NCBI GenBank assembly: GCA_030704615.1
Contig: CM060731.1
Location: forward strand, 3,906,001 to 3,970,000
Origin: Takakia lepidozioides
Taxonomy: Eukaryota; Plantae; Bryophyta
Reading direction: 5' to 3'
Length of the DNA stretch: 64,000 bases
In this document: piece by piece, positions 38,647 to 53,060 of the stretch
Numbering within the stretch: the first letter of the stretch is position 1
Layout: every line of letters begins with the position of its first letter
Program-made: the position numbers and the translations under genes
Notes under the pieces: generated by a model
Told to the model about the DNA's origin: nothing
Seen by the model: only the letters and a program-made list of their open reading frames with translations
Databases searched by the model: none

Positions 38647-39204
38647 AAAGTGGAAAGTGATGGTAACCAAAGTGGAGCCGTGTACCACCCTATTTGCAAA
38701 GTGGGAAGTGATGACAACCAAAGTGTAGCCTTATACTACCCTATTCACAAAGTGGAAAGTGATGACAACCAAAGTGTAGCCTTATACTACCCTATTTGCA
38801 AAGTGGGAAGTGATGACAACCAAAGTGTAGCCTTATACTACCCTATTCACAAAGTGGAAAGTGATGACAACCAAAGTGTAGCCTTATACTACCCTATTTG
38901 CAAAGTGGAAAGTGATGACAACCAAAGTGTAGCCTTATACTACCCTATTCAGAAAGTGGAAAGTGATGACAACCAAAGTGTAGCCTTATACTACCCTATT
39001 CACAAAGTGGAAAGTGATGACAACCAAAGTGTAGCCTTATACTACCCTATTTGCAAAGTGGAAAGTGATGACAACCAAAGTGTAGCCTTATACTACCCTA
39101 TTCAGAAAGTGGAAAGTGATGACAACCAAAGTGTAGCCTTATACTACCCTATTCAGAAAGTGGAAAGTGATGACAACCAAAGTGTAGCTTAATACTACCC
39201 TATT
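38647..39204. repeat. 48-bp minisatellite, about 11.6 copies
   Basis: Unit approximately AAAGTGGAAAGTGATGACAACCAAAGTGTAGCCTTATACTACCCTATT(CAC/TGC/CAG). Confidence 0.95.
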
Positions 39205-40107
39205 CTTGACTGAAATTCCAGCACCCAAATGATGTCTAGGCTTAGTTTAGTTATTTAAAGTTACTACCTTGCAACCTACCCATAAAACTCCCTTCCCCAC
39301 AGGGGCATTAGCCCAAAGGTGAAGTGGTTCTTATTCACACTGCTTCTACCTGGTGGCCAGGTGGGAATAACTTAGGTGCCATCTTTGATGGTGTGCTGAA
39401 GATCCATCATCTATTTCCTTCTCAAAATCCCATGACCCTTTTTTTAACATACACCACCAAAAAAGCACACAAGGCCCTAACAAGTGCGCAGTCATTGCAG
39501 TCCAAATGGGATGCTAAATGGGAAGCACATGGCGGCCCAGTTTGGACAAAATCGTGCCCTGCAAAACTAAAGGAGTTTGTTGCCCTCAGTGCCCCGACAG
39601 GGTAGGGACTACGCATCAAGTTGGCCAAAGTGCCCTTAACCTTACATCATGGGTTGTTCCCTATGAGACTTAATGGGAACATGAAAGTTTTTAGTTCCCA
39701 ATTGGGCACATGTTACACTTATTTTTTCATTGGCCTGGGGCAGTGACTACAGCATGAAGTACCTTATCCTCGATTGGGTCCAGCTGGGCACATGCTCCTT
39801 GTTTTAAGGTGTTCTATTCATGCCTGATTGTCTATGTATATCTATTCATAGATCAAATGATAATATGTGTTTATATCCCAAGTGATAAAAGGTTCCTCAT
39901 GTTCCTTGTGTATTAGCCTCCATGGAGGACTTTACCTCACGTAAAAAACTCAAAAAAAAATTTGAACCCTCTATGTCTTTCTGGATGGTTCAAATCTGAT
40001 TATGGCAATAAGCCCATGGGCTTCACCCGTAACCATGAACACCCAGGGAAATTACTAAATTCGAGGCCCTCCAAAAATACACCAGAAAAAAATTTGGAGG
40101 TTTTTAC

Positions 40108-40617
40108 CAGTGTTGCTCTGGTATCAGGGTCAGGACATACCAGACTGGTCCTGGTACCAGACATATCACAAAAACTTTTATACCAATCTGGTCTATATAA
40201 TGGTGGATGTATATTTTTCTAGATACTCGTATGAGTATGATTATCATGACCACAACACCAGCTAATACAAGCTGATGTCAATTCTGGTATCATTCCAAAG
40301 TCATCTTGAACTACAAGTTTATCAAATAGCAAGTATCAAGTGAAAACAAATACAATACAAATAAAGAAATAATATACATAAATACAAGTATATATGCATA
40401 TGTGTATATAAATTAGTATAATACACATACCAGCGTAAATGAGGAATACGGCAGGGGAGTACTGTTATTGTGGCTGGTATGAAAAAACTGATACCAGCCT
40501 GGTCTGGTATATGACCAAGTATTCTCCCAAATGATACCAGACTGGTCTGGTATCTGATACCAGTGCATATACTAGTACTTTATACCAGTCATTCACCTAT
40601 ATACCAGACCAACACTG
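40108..40617. mobile_element. hAT-type MITE (510 bp)
   Basis: TIR CAGTGTTG(C/G)TCTGGTAT; 8-bp TSD GTTTTTAC at 40100-40107 and 40618-40625; subterminal ATACCAG repeats. Confidence 0.9.
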
Positions 40618-40819
40618 GTTTTTACGTGTTCTACTCAAGCCACAACGCCCTTTCTTTTTACCCATCATTGCCAAAAAGGCAGATGATAAGTTATGAATGA
40701 GGACATAATATAATATGAATATATATATATATATAATAAAATGCGGTAGGCATTTACATTATTTGAGGAGAAAAAAATAAACCCCGTTGATGCCATAAGG
40801 CAAGGTGCACATCCATAGG

Positions 40820-41256
40820 ATGAGGGACGAGCCCAGCGACGCTTTTGCGACGGCGGCGGGTTGCATTGCCCAAAAGAGGGGGGAAAAAAAAAAAAAAAAA
40901 AAAAAAAACCATCCCCTGGCACTGCGATTCAATGGCGTTGCAGCCTCCCAGGGGCGTCGCAACCCCCAGCGCGCTGGCAGGGGCGCCTAAGAGGGAGGGG
41001 GTGCCGTTGTGACTCCCCAGCGTCGCTGCCTCCCAGGAGCGTCGCAAAGCATGGTTGCAACCCCCCATCGCGGTGGTGGTCACACCCCGATTCCGGCGAC
41101 GCAAGATGCCACAACGTCGCCTCAACGCCGGCGTTGCGATGCCCTAACATCGCAAGGCCGGGGCGGGGCCCCTGTGCGACGTTGCAGTCGCAGTGGGGTC
41201 GGCGCGTCCGGCGCGGGGGGCTATAGGCGTCGCTAACCCCCCTAAACATAGCAGCG
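40820..41256. mobile_element. GC-rich subterminal fragment of a CACTA-like element; a related end lies at about 47400-47471
   Basis: GTCGC/GCGAC-rich sequence ending GGCGTCGCTAACCCCCCTAAACATAGCAGCGGG, compared with GGCATCGCTAAACCC..ACAAATGCAGTAGTG (reverse complement begins CACTA). Confidence 0.4.
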
Positions 41257-41867
41257 GGCACATCTGGAGAACCAGATGTGCTTGGGCCTTAGGCAACACT
41301 AACTCCATAGTCTCCTTGATGCTCACTATGGTTTTCTTTGACATTGAAACTGAGGTTCGAAAGGCTTGGATCAAATTGTCTGCAAACATCTACATGCATT
41401 CAGAGACTCAATATTAGCTCCACAACGCCTTCATCGTCTCATGGGCAAAACATGGAATCATATGCTCAAGCCCTTTGCCAAACATCTGCAATCGGAGCTC
41501 AATCCCTTAGGGCTGGAGAACCGCAACACGCTTCTGCCCTGATTCGCCGGACTTTGACCGCAATATCAATTGGAGACACATCAAGGGGAAGAGATCGGTG
41601 AAGCTGAATTTCAACCACTGAATGTAGCATGCTTCTTCACCATCGGACTCCCTAGAATGCTTTCTCTAGAATACTGTAGGTAGGCAGCTAAAGTAAAATA
41701 AAGTAAAGTATGATGCCTCCCGAAGGGAGCGTAACTTATGGTGTCTCTTCACCACAAGGGCTACTGCCTTCGAGCTGAAAGGTGGACACCTTCATAACAC
41801 ACCAGACCGTGGTTTGAACCGACAACCATATCCAACATGGGGTATGTGCCCACTACCATTGGGCTAC

Positions 41868-44800
41868 CCACGGCACTATGTCCCAAGCGTTTTTAGGAGA
41901 TTTCCGCGGGCCCGGGCTCCCGTCCTCATGCCCGCGCTGCCTTGTTCCGCGCTCCCTGCCACCTCCGCTCCTCCTAATCGCCGCCTGCCTTCAAGCAAGC
42001 TCCCTACCACGTTGCCCCTCCCCTGCCACGTCGCCCCACCCCTGACGGGCTGCCACGTCGCTGCCATCTGCCATACACCAATCCGTGCGGTGTATGGCAG
42101 GACCAGCAGGTCGCCATACAGTGCAATGATCAGTGTATGGGAATCCAATGGGTCGCCATACACCAATCATTGCAGTGTATGGCGACTGGAACATGCCCTA
42201 TTCCACATGTTAAATAAAAAACACAGAAATAAATCATTTAGCTTAACAAAATTAATAAAAATTGTAATGATAATCTATTTGAAAAAGTTGAAACCCATTT
42301 AGTAATATAGAGACAACATGTTGAATAAAAACACAGAAATAAATCATTCAATTTAATAAGTTTAATAATAATAATAATAATATCTATATGAAAAAATTGA
42401 AACCCATTTAGTAATATTAAAACACTATCTTATGTTCCTCATGAACTATGTTTGATACATCTAGAGTATGTACTTGTTAGGTTTAATTTTAATTTTGGGT
42501 TTATGTTGGTTTTAAAAATACAAACTCGACTATGATGACTACAATATATAGAAATATAATAGAAAAAACTTATAAACATTTGATAATTAATATAGTGATA
42601 TTATATTTTGATTATCATTGATAACATTTGATATAACAATCTTTTTCTTCAAATTGTCATCCATACATTTTATTTGGATGAAGTTCATACATGTGTAACC
42701 TAATCTCCATATGAACTCCCTTGTTGTTTTGTGTTGTTTTGCTTCTCTCTTCTAAGTGTTTGTCATCTCAATGTTGGTTGTTGTCCTAATCCCAAAGCTA
42801 AGACCCTACTTTTGTTCTGTATGTTCTTTTGTCTCTTTGTTTAGTCTTCTGAATAACTCTCATTTCCTTCAAAATTTGTGTATTCTTATTTGCATGTTCT
42901 ATGTCAGTCTAGTCTCATAGCTTAGTCTCATAGCTACAAGCTTCATTTTACTTTGGCTATTCCTCTTTGTCTTTGATATACATAGATATATTATTTCATC
43001 TCACGCCTTTATCATTTTATCATACAATACCCTTGAACAAATATGTAAGAGAATGTAGGGTTTTAGGGTGTAGGGGTTTAGAAAATCAATATGGAAGATG
43101 ACGATGATCTTGCAAATGATGCATTTATTTATCTCTCGGTCTTTGAGGATGAGCTGGAATATGTCGCAAGTTTGGAGGAGACTTTTGAAGGTACACACAT
43201 ACGTGGTGAGCTTCTTTCACCTCCCCTTTTTGATGAAGCATATTTTCAGTTTTCGGATGTTGAGTCGGATATTGATGGTGGATTGAAAACAACACACGAA
43301 TCCGAATTTGACGAGCACGAAGAGGCATATGGAACTTTCCATATTGACAATGATGTGGAACCATGTGCAATGGGTGACGACCCTTCTCTATGCACTTTCG
43401 GGAATATAGAGATAGAACATTCTCCAAAATTTATTCAATTTACATCTAGAAGTATGAGCCTCATGATTGAATGTTTAGAGACAAATGTTTTGCCAACATT
43501 TGCACGTATTTGTGAAGTTGATCCCAATTTCCGACCAGCTACTCATAGTCATGGACGTCCTATAGATGCAAATGATCCCATAGCTACCTTTAAAAGATAG
43601 AAAAAATCTTCAATGCAACTACAAGATGCATTATTTTGAAGGAGGTGAACGTGAGATAAACATGACTATACTTTCATTTAATGTTTTGGCAAATGTTACG
43701 TGATCGCATATTTGAAATGACATTATTTTTTGCACTTCATTGTATGTTGATATTCACTATCAACAACTCGCAAGAAATGACCATCTACATATGATTAACG
43801 TTTTGCCTTGCACATTTTTGTTTGTACATCTTCTTTCTCCTTATTCAATATGCATATATATGTAGCTCAATAGTTGATCATGTGGCCCATATATCTCTAA
43901 AAATGCGATTCATTATGGATAGAAGATGTATATATGGGTCCATGAAAGTGTCATATCCAAGCTACATAATCCATAAATCTGAAGATGAGTGCAAGTGTGA
44001 GTGTCAATGAACATGAAGAGGAACCATATACTTTTATGAATATGTCCCAAACCATGGAAGCTTGAGACAATATTGACTAACTTATACAACACTTCCAAAC
44101 TAATTTATATACATTTTCTCTTATGTGTATGGTGGGATGTGTAAACATAGCAAGTGTAAGTGTCAATGAATATGAAGAAGAGCCATACACTTTTATACAT
44201 ATGATCCAAACCATGGAATCTTCAGACAATATTAACTAACTTATATAACACTTCCAAACTAAGTTATATACATTTTTTCTTATGTGTATGGCAGAATATG
44301 TAATCATATTATTATACATATGTAGTTATACTTATGTACAACCACATAAGATCTAAATATATTACATTATACATTCAAACATTTGTGGAATTGATTTGAG
44401 TATCACGTGACATACAATATACTAGCATTGCAACATGAATTCATATATTCATGCAAGTGTTTCGAGTTCGCACAATCGTCTGTTCACAAAGAAATGTCTC
44501 ATCATCTAAACTTTCTTGGAACCTTTTCCTCTTGAACTTCATCCCCTTGCTCGTTTTCCTCCCATTCCTCTCTTTCCTCTCTTTCCTCATTTATATCCTC
44601 TTGTATTTCTCTCATCCGGGACAATCTCCCATTCTACCTCTTCTGTTCCTTCTCCCTCATGCACTCTCTTTCTAGCCCGCTCATGTGCCTCACGTACTTT
44701 GCGAAGGTGCATCAAAGTCCATTTTCCTACTTTTAGTCCTCTCATTTCTTTCATCCACTCTTCTTTGTTTTCCCACAAAAGCTTCGTATATAAGTAATCG

Positions 44801-46644
44801 TTGGCTTCGAGGAGAAGCCCAAGCGCGCCTGCTCGATCATCCAAGTCGTCCTCCCAACTGTCCTCTGTAGACACAAAAAGTCAAGATATAACTAACAAAC
44901 AAATGATGAGCCTAAATAAACGATCAATCAACACCAACACATGAATTGATGATGAGCCCAAAAATAGTTTACATACCACTGAAGATGTCGATGGTGGCAT
45001 TCAATGACTCTTGTTCCTCTACGTTTGCAAGAGACTATTGGTAGTGGGCGAAGCCCGTGCGAATCAATGTGGTCAACCAATGGTCATGCATATTGAGGGG
45101 AGACACCAACATATGATGATGTTTGGTACGAACTCCCTTCAAACAATTCACAAAACTCGCGCGCATAGCCATCACCAAAGGGCAAGCTTGTATATCTGCC
45201 CTCATGTCACCTGGTTTCCCAATCCTCTCTCTCTCCCTCTCAAACCTAATGTCAAGTTTTTCATCAATGCGCTTCAAAGCATTCCGCCTTGCATTTACCT
45301 CATTTTCTGTAGCCGCTTTCTGTCTCCTTATCCACTTCTCATTTTCAGTTCTTCATTTCCATTTTTTGGCGCGAGGTGCCATGAATCTAAACCCCAAACC
45401 CCAAACATACCACAAAATTAAACTCAAATCTTATCAATCATATATAGTTGTACATTAAATCTCCGGTCATACCAAATTCACTTATAATGAAGGGTAAACA
45501 AAGAGGAGAAACCCAAAAAAGAAAGAAAAAACATAAAACAATCAAACAACTTGTGAAGTGTGAGCTTCAATAAAGACAAATTTAAAAAACAAGACACAAT
45601 GAAGTTGACATAAACTCTAAACTACCTCGTGTATTGAATTCCACTATCCAAGACTATACCCAATGCGAACCCTCAACCCTCAACCCTCAACTAATACTTG
45701 TCACATTTGACTTAATATACAATCCTAGTGGAATCATAGATTAATGTTCAGATACTATGTTTTGTATCTATTCACAAGTGTATTTAAAACTTGAAGACAC
45801 CCAAAGCAAAGAGGATAGAGAAGAGAACTTAAAGCAAAGAACTTCAAGCATCGAAGAGAGTTCAAGCAAGAGAATTTCAATGCTTAAGAAAACAAGACAC
45901 AACGAAGTGGAGATAAACCCTAAACTACCTCGTGTATTAAATTCCATTATCCAAGACTATACCCAATGCGAACCCTAAACCCTCAACCCTCAACCCAACA
46001 ATGTTCATAAGCTATGTTTTGTATCTATTCACAAGTGTATTTAAAACTTAAAGAGACCCAAAGCAAAGAGGAGAGAGAAGAGAACTTCAAGCATTGAAGC
46101 ACAAAAAAATTTAAAAAAAAAAATTATAAGCAGCAAGGAAGAGTTGATGAAGCCATACCTTAACTTGTAGACCAAGAACTTCACGGGAGAGATGAGCTGA
46201 AGAACTTCCCCGTCGAAGAAGAGAAAGGCCGAAGAGAAGAAACGCTGAAGAGAAAACACAATTGATGAAGTGGAGGATACAAACCCTAAAGAGGATTACA
46301 TCCATTTTTAGCCTTATCCATCCATCCAAAAATAAATTCATTCATCCAAAATCATGTGGGTCGCCATACAGTAATCATTACAGGGTGTGGCGACTTGCTG
46401 GATTCTCCATACCCTGTAATGATTACTGTATGGCGGAAAATTGGCACGTGGCAAGAGGAGGCGACGTGGCAGCCCGTCAGGGGAGGGGCGACATGGCAGG
46501 GAGCTCGCAGCAGCGTGGCAGGCATCGATCAGGAGGAGCAGAGGTGGCAGGGAGCGCAGAACAAGGTAGCGCGTGCATGAGGACGGGAGCCCGAGCCCGG
46601 GCCCGCAACAGTATCCTAAAAACGCTTGGGACATAGTGCCGAGG
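41868..46644. mobile_element. Non-autonomous MULE (4.8 kb) with about 300-bp TIRs
   Basis: TIR CC(A/T)CGGCACTATGTCCCAAGCGTTTTTAGGA...; 9-bp TSD TTGGGCTAC at 41859-41867 and 46645-46653; AT-rich interior with decayed ORFs. Confidence 0.9.
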
Positions 46645-47639
46645 TTGGGCTACATGTTGGTTGTCAGTTTTTTTTTTTTGTCTATCGTTTTCTAAGGGTA
46701 CGTCAAGCATTTTAGTTTTGCATTCAGGCAATCATTACTTGGGTGGTGGTATGACCGACATCCTCATCTCCCTGGGCCTTTTCGGTCCTTCGACCCTCGC
46801 CAATTCGGCAGTCTTTCTCGCCTTAATCTGGGTGACCCCACGAGCTGGGGCTGTGGCGTTGCGTCGTCGCGGCGACGTCATTGCGATTCTTTGGTGTCGC
46901 AGCCTCCCGGGGGTGTTGCAACCCCTCAGTGCCGGAACTTAGGCCCTTGATAGATATTTGTCCTTGAAGAACTCTGGGAACAAGTCTCGCTGCAAATTCC
47001 AGCTGTGAGAGCTCGTACATAGTACTCATAATCTGCACCATCTGCGATGACACAATGATAGGATTGAAATAGTGGTAGTCAGCAGGAGCTAAATCTTGAT
47101 ATGTATATATATACTTAGACTACTTTTGTGATACATAGATGTATCGTAGATGTGTTGGTTAGTGTGTAGTGTCTTAGAAATGTTATAACCTAAGGTCCTA
47201 GGTTCAAGTATGCATTGCCTAATATATGTAGAACATTGTATGGACTGCCATTTGACAAAACCGGAGTCAATGGTCAACGTTGGAATTAATGATCAACTAG
47301 TTTTTGAAATTCAAATTTCAAATTCAAATTCAAATTTTCCCGCCTAAATTCAAATGTACCCCACTAAACACGACGTCCAAGGTCACACTTTGTGTCGCAA
47401 ATCACGGCGGTTGGAGGTCGTTGGGGCATCGCTAAACCCCCCCCCCCCCCCCCCCCACAAATGCAGTAGTGGCCAGAGCCCGGCAGCCCTAATCGTATAA
47501 AAAACCGGACATTGGGAGATAGCTTGCTTGGTGACTGGGTCATAGTTTAGGAGCATGTTGATTGATCTTAGTGATGTGCGATCATGTCAATGGCTGAGAA
47601 CCGAGTGAAGTAGGGGCCAGACTTTTGAAGGTATACTAC

Positions 47640-49063
47640 ATTGAAATAGGCAGAGCTCGAGGGATTCGGCGACGCCCAGCAAGCAGCATGTGTAGAGTAG
47701 AGCCCCAATGAACTATAGCCATCGACCCACTTTCATTTGCAATCTGCTAGAGGAAGGTTGTTATCTTTGCAGGTCTAGTTTTGACCCAAATGTCTTTCCA
47801 AATTGTTTGCCAATGCTCATTTTGAAAGCCATAGGCTCTCCATCTGGAGTCCCATTTTGAAAAGGGGATATTGGCGCTTGAGTTAAGGCACTTGTAAGCT
47901 TTTTTCGCTGACATGTATTGGAGGAGTGAAGGTTTTCCATCACCCATGACCATTCTTGTGGATCCAGCTACAATTCCATAAGAGACTTGCACCCAATCCA
48001 AACAAACATGTTTCCATGGAGCCAGCCAGTCAAATCTGACCCTGGAGGCTTGATAGGGTTCATGTGTTTTGCATTGGATGACCACTGGCAGATTTCTGAC
48101 ACGGGAGAAATTCCGTCCCTTGATGGAGACCGGGTGAGATAAACTAGTTCGTGAGCAGGCTCACGCTTTGCATACTAAGCGTGAGCAGATTAGGGAAGAT
48201 GAGCCTATAACCGAGGGAGAAACATGGCCTATTGCCGTGGACGCAAACTCACTGCCTGGGACCAAAGGTGACGAGCTCCAATATGCATGCAATGTTCGCT
48301 GAATGTGTGATGAAAAAGTATTGGATGAATGAAGCACGGATGAATGAAAGATTGGATCTGGATGAATGTGTGATGAAAAATACTAGATGAATGAAGGATG
48401 GATGACTGAAAGAAGATAGATTACGGACTATGGATGGGACACCTGTGTTATGTGGAGTTATCTTGAAACTAAATGACACTGTGATGGTCGGAATGTGGAA
48501 CAACAAAATTTATAAATTTTGTAGTAAACGAGTTCATTGTCAACTGTCATTGCTAGTAGAATTATCCCCCGATACAGAGGCAGCGTCATCAACAAACACC
48601 CTAGCCCTATAACCACGACGTTTTTTCCCTAGGCTGGCCCTGCGAGGGCTACAGGTCACTTGCAAAGACATGAATTTTGCAAATGCCTCCACGTACACTG
48701 GCAGCTCAAAAGATGGGGGTGGGTTTGAAAGGAAGCCATTGTTTTGATCAGCCGGGAAATGCAGGGTCGAACCCAATGGTCTCTTGTACAGGAGCAGCCA
48801 AGCATTAAACTTTACTGACCAACAAAAATAAATGGAATTGGAGTATGAGTGGAATTTAACTATCATGGAAATTATTGACATTAACAATGACTTACTCACA
48901 ATCAAGCATAATTTCGTAATAAGCGTAATTATGCTTCCTTTAATAAACTGGCTTCAAATCATGCTTATGTCACAAACATGATTTCCAGGCCTCCTCAAAG
49001 GAAACTTTGGGATAAAAATTTATTAAATTTAAATTTAATTAATTAATTATTATTATTATTATT

Positions 49064-49106
<43 letters not shown>

Positions 49107-49553
49107 TTGAATCATGCTTGCATCACACCCAAGCATGATTTCTAGGCCTCCTCAAATGGAACTTTGAAAAACAAAACAAGCCTCGAATGGCTCGTGCTTT
49201 GGCAAAACATAAGAGGAAGGTAAAACTAGGGAGCATGACTCAGCACAACACACCAATGACAGCCTTGACACGGTGTAAGGTCCTTTGACCACATTTTCTC
49301 CGTTGACTTCAACATGATGCAAAGTCGCTCTACAAGAGAGCCAACAAAACAAAACAAAACAAAAAAGACTTCGAATTACGCAAGCATGATTTCCCTCTTC
49401 AAGGGAACTTACTTCCAAAAAAAAAAAAAAAACGGGCTTCGAATTATGCAAGCATGATTTCCAAGCCTCCTCAAAAATTTCAAAAAAAACAAAAAAAAAA
49501 ACTGGGTTCGAATTACGCAAGCATGATTTCCAGGCCTTCTCAAAAGGAACTTA

Positions 49554-49585
<32 letters not shown>

Positions 49586-52180
49586 CTTTGCAAGTAGAGC
49601 TGGCTGGGAACCTTGCTTCGAAGCAAAGTTTAATTTTATCCACTTCCAAGTTGAGCATTTGTCTGGTCCCAATCATCCACTGTTGCTTCTAATATTGATG
49701 GAGCAATTGGGGACGGGGACTATAGGTGCTCTATCATTCATCAGTGCTTCATTCATCTATTCTTCATTCATCACATATTCATCCAATATTCATCCATTTC
49801 CATGCAGCACGGTAATTTTCCGCAAAAAGCAAGGATAATAATCTAATTTGTGGACTTCTTGTGCGAGAAAAAATATGTACTATTGCCCTAACTTTGAAAG
49901 GTCCAGCCCGCGGTAATAGATGTGCCCTTTGGTGTCCACAGTTACAAGCCCCACGCTCTCAACGTTTGCCTACAAACGTGAGCAGAATTCTACTCACGGT
50001 CTAGCATTCCTCGAGACCGGGTGTGACATTTGAAAAACGTGCAGGATGTTTGTTTGTGGGCAGCAATCCATAGCCAGGCCAATGATCTGAATGCTGCTGC
50101 ATTCAAGGATGTATATCACCTGTTGGGGACTTGTTGAGCAAGTAATCCATGTGCTTGGAAGGGGAGGTAGCGGACCTCAAGGTGGAGGATACCTAGCCAT
50201 GATGCAAGAATGGATTGGATGATCTTGGCATATTAACCAACATATTTTCCACTTGCGGAGCCCACGACCTAGTTTATATATTTTTGGCTCCAAAAGGCTT
50301 TGCCTAACCAGATGTTCCCAATCTGTGCAATGCCATGGAAATCCCAGGCAGACCATTGTTTTGCATATCCACAGTCCTCTTGGCTGTGGATGTTCGAATT
50401 AAGAAAAAGGTGCTGACGGATAATTTCTTTGTACGTAGAGGACTCCCTATTAATGAGGTAAGGTCTTAGTCTTCCCCAAGCCTTCTAGATGGCTTTCCAA
50501 AGAGGAGAACCTGGTTGCTTATGTTTGAATCCATTGACAATCCAACGCACTAAGCTTGACCATTGAGCATTCTTGAGGGGGGAGCTTTGAGCAACGCTGT
50601 TCGTCGTGACGCTACAACGCCGGCGCCCACGTAGTCGTCCACGTCCGCGTCCGTATATCACCGCGGTCCGGTGAGTCAGTCCCCTCATCCGGAGGGGAAA
50701 AGTCAAAGTCAGCCCAAAAGGTCAGACACACGGGCGGGCGGCCTGGTTACGCCACGTGGGTCTTCTGCAATAATCGTAATAATTGCTCAACAGTCGTTGC
50801 GGCGTCTTCGTCCTTTACCACTCTAATCATTGGATGTCATCTGATGAGAGAGGGCAACATGGTTGAAGGCAGAGGGCCAGGATTTTATAGGAGACATCTA
50901 GGAGGGTGATGGGCCTATAATTGGCTATGGATCGTCTATCATTTTTTTTTGAAAAGAAGCACAATGATTCATTGTGTCATCTCTTTGGGCATTTCCTGTG
51001 CAGTCTTGATGGCATTGACTAGAAGCATTCGTGTCATTTACCACTGGGAAAACGACTCATTTTGAGTCGTAAAAGTCAAAAAATTGGATCGACTAGAAGT
51101 TACAAATGACTAGTTACAAAAACAGGCTTTATCAAAGGCAGATTCATCCTTGACAACAGTCTGCTGGCTCATGAGGCTCATTCTTTTGGCCAAGACTCTA
51201 ACCTTGCAATTGCCATGCTTCTCCTCCACTTCGAAAAAGCTTTTTGACAAAGTAGAATGGCCTCTCTTAATGTCTACAATGCATAAAGTGGGTCTATCCT
51301 CATACTTCTGCAATTGGGTCTCAATCCTACTCAAGAATCCTTCCAGCAGAGTGCTGGCAAATGGGTACTTATCCATACCATTTCTGCTACAGCGTTCGGT
51401 GCGCCAGGAATGTCCACTCGCACCCTTTCTATTTTTGATCGTGGCTGATTCACTTGGGCATCTACTGAATGCAATGCAGACATCACTGGCCTTAATATCC
51501 CCAGCCAACATCCCAATGACCTCCACATCGAATCTTCATGTTTGTTGATGATACAGTTCTCTATCTCGACGCTAACCCTCATAACCTGGAGCAAGCCATC
51601 TCCACCTTGAACGTTTTCTGTCTGGCCTCTAGCTTCAATGTGAACTGGGACAAGACGGTGGCATTGCTGGTTGGAGACAGATCCAAATCTGGAATTGGAG
51701 ACTCCCCTACATGGGGCCAAGAGCTAGCCTGGCTTAAATGGCTCAAGGACAGAGAAAGTACCAAGCTCCTCGGTTTTCCCCTTGGTTTTAACCTATCGGA
51801 GGAGCAAAGAATTGGACCAATCATTGACAGCGTAAGCTAGTCTCCTGGGGCTCCAGGCACCTCACTCAGGAAGAGCCCTAGCGGCTAATCAGATAATTAT
51901 GGCCAACATCTGGTATTTTGCATCCGTGTGGAGCCCAAGCCCATCTTACGTAAAGGATCAAGAGAATCATTCGAAACTTTGTCTGGCGCCCAGTTCCAGT
52001 TTGCAATATGTTAGGCCAGCTATCTCATGGGCCCAAATCTACAGCCCCTGAAAACAAGGGGGTCTTAGTATGTTGGATCCAGGCAATCAAATATAGATGC
52101 TCTACTTGGAAAATGGATCATGAGACTACTAGGTCCCCATACTTCTTGGTGGAGACCCTTGGTGCTTAGGCACATTGGCC
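47640..52180. mobile_element. Fragmented L1/Tx1-type LINE: RT on plus (51110-52180); downstream ORF2 region on minus (about 50585-50013 and 48135-47640)
   Basis: QTGFIKGRFILDN, HFEKAFDKVEW, SVRQECPLAPFLF, MFVDDT, LLGFPLG; on the minus strand PGSPLWKAI and WQTIWKDIW..PAKITTFL. Confidence 0.8.
48136..50012. mobile_element. Non-autonomous MULE (1.9 kb) inserted in the L1 remnant
   Basis: 10-bp TSD GAGACCGGGT at 48126-48135 and 50013-50022; imperfect TIR GAGATAAACTAGTTCGTGAG / GAGGAATGCTAGACCGTGAG. Confidence 0.8.
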
Positions 52181-52429
52181 CGGGGCAGCACGTGGTAGTC
52201 GACCACAGAACTTGCAGTGTTACATGCCCAGTGGCACCAACGACTGGGGAAATCGACTAAAAAACTGCGGCAATTGTCGGCGGACGAATCCACAGAGGCC
52301 ACGTGGAGAGTGTGAGAGCCGACGCGTGGCGTGGTCCGCAGTGAACTGCAATGAGGGGTATTACTTATAGTAGAAAAACGCGGAGTGGTTCTGCCCACTA
52401 GGCACTGCTTTTGCCAACTCCACTGCCAT

Positions 52430-53027
52430 GAGGGCAGCTAGGTCATGAGCCCAGCCCCATGAGCCTGGGAGCTGAGCTCATGCTTGAATGACATGGCGTG
52501 AGCCCAGGCTCCATCTGCATGACGTGGCGTTCACGCCACGTAAGCGTGAGCATTCGCGCATGTCAGCAGATGTCAGAATACATTTGGCGAAAGAAAATGT
52601 GCTTATACCCGAGGGACCTATAACCGTGGAAATAGGCATTTACAGTATGCCGACTTATGCTGCATATTCCAAACAAACCGACAATAAAAAGAGACCCGTT
52701 TGCCCCTTCCCCTTCCCATTTCCTTTGCATCTCCCCTCACCTACAAATCCCTTCTTGTCTTTCGAGAGAGTGTTATGAGTCGGTGTACTATACAGGCAAA
52801 ACATAAAATAAAATAAAATTGCGTGTGTGGGATGGGCAGCTATAGAGCAGTACCGCAGATGCCCTGAAAACAGTGTGCGGGTTTAAGAAAAAAAAAAACC
52901 GTGTGTGGGATGGATTGGTGTAGAGAAAACGTACATCGTAGATGCCATGAAAACAATGTGCGGTGCCACACACTATTTTCGGGGCAGCTGCGGTGCAGGT
53001 TTAAATTAAAATTATTTAATTATTATA

Positions 53028-53060
<33 letters not shown>

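Noticed and set aside
38611-39192. 193-aa repeat protein (KVESDDNQSVALYYPI)n
   Set aside because: Non-ATG start; it is open only because the 48-bp unit lacks a stop in that frame.
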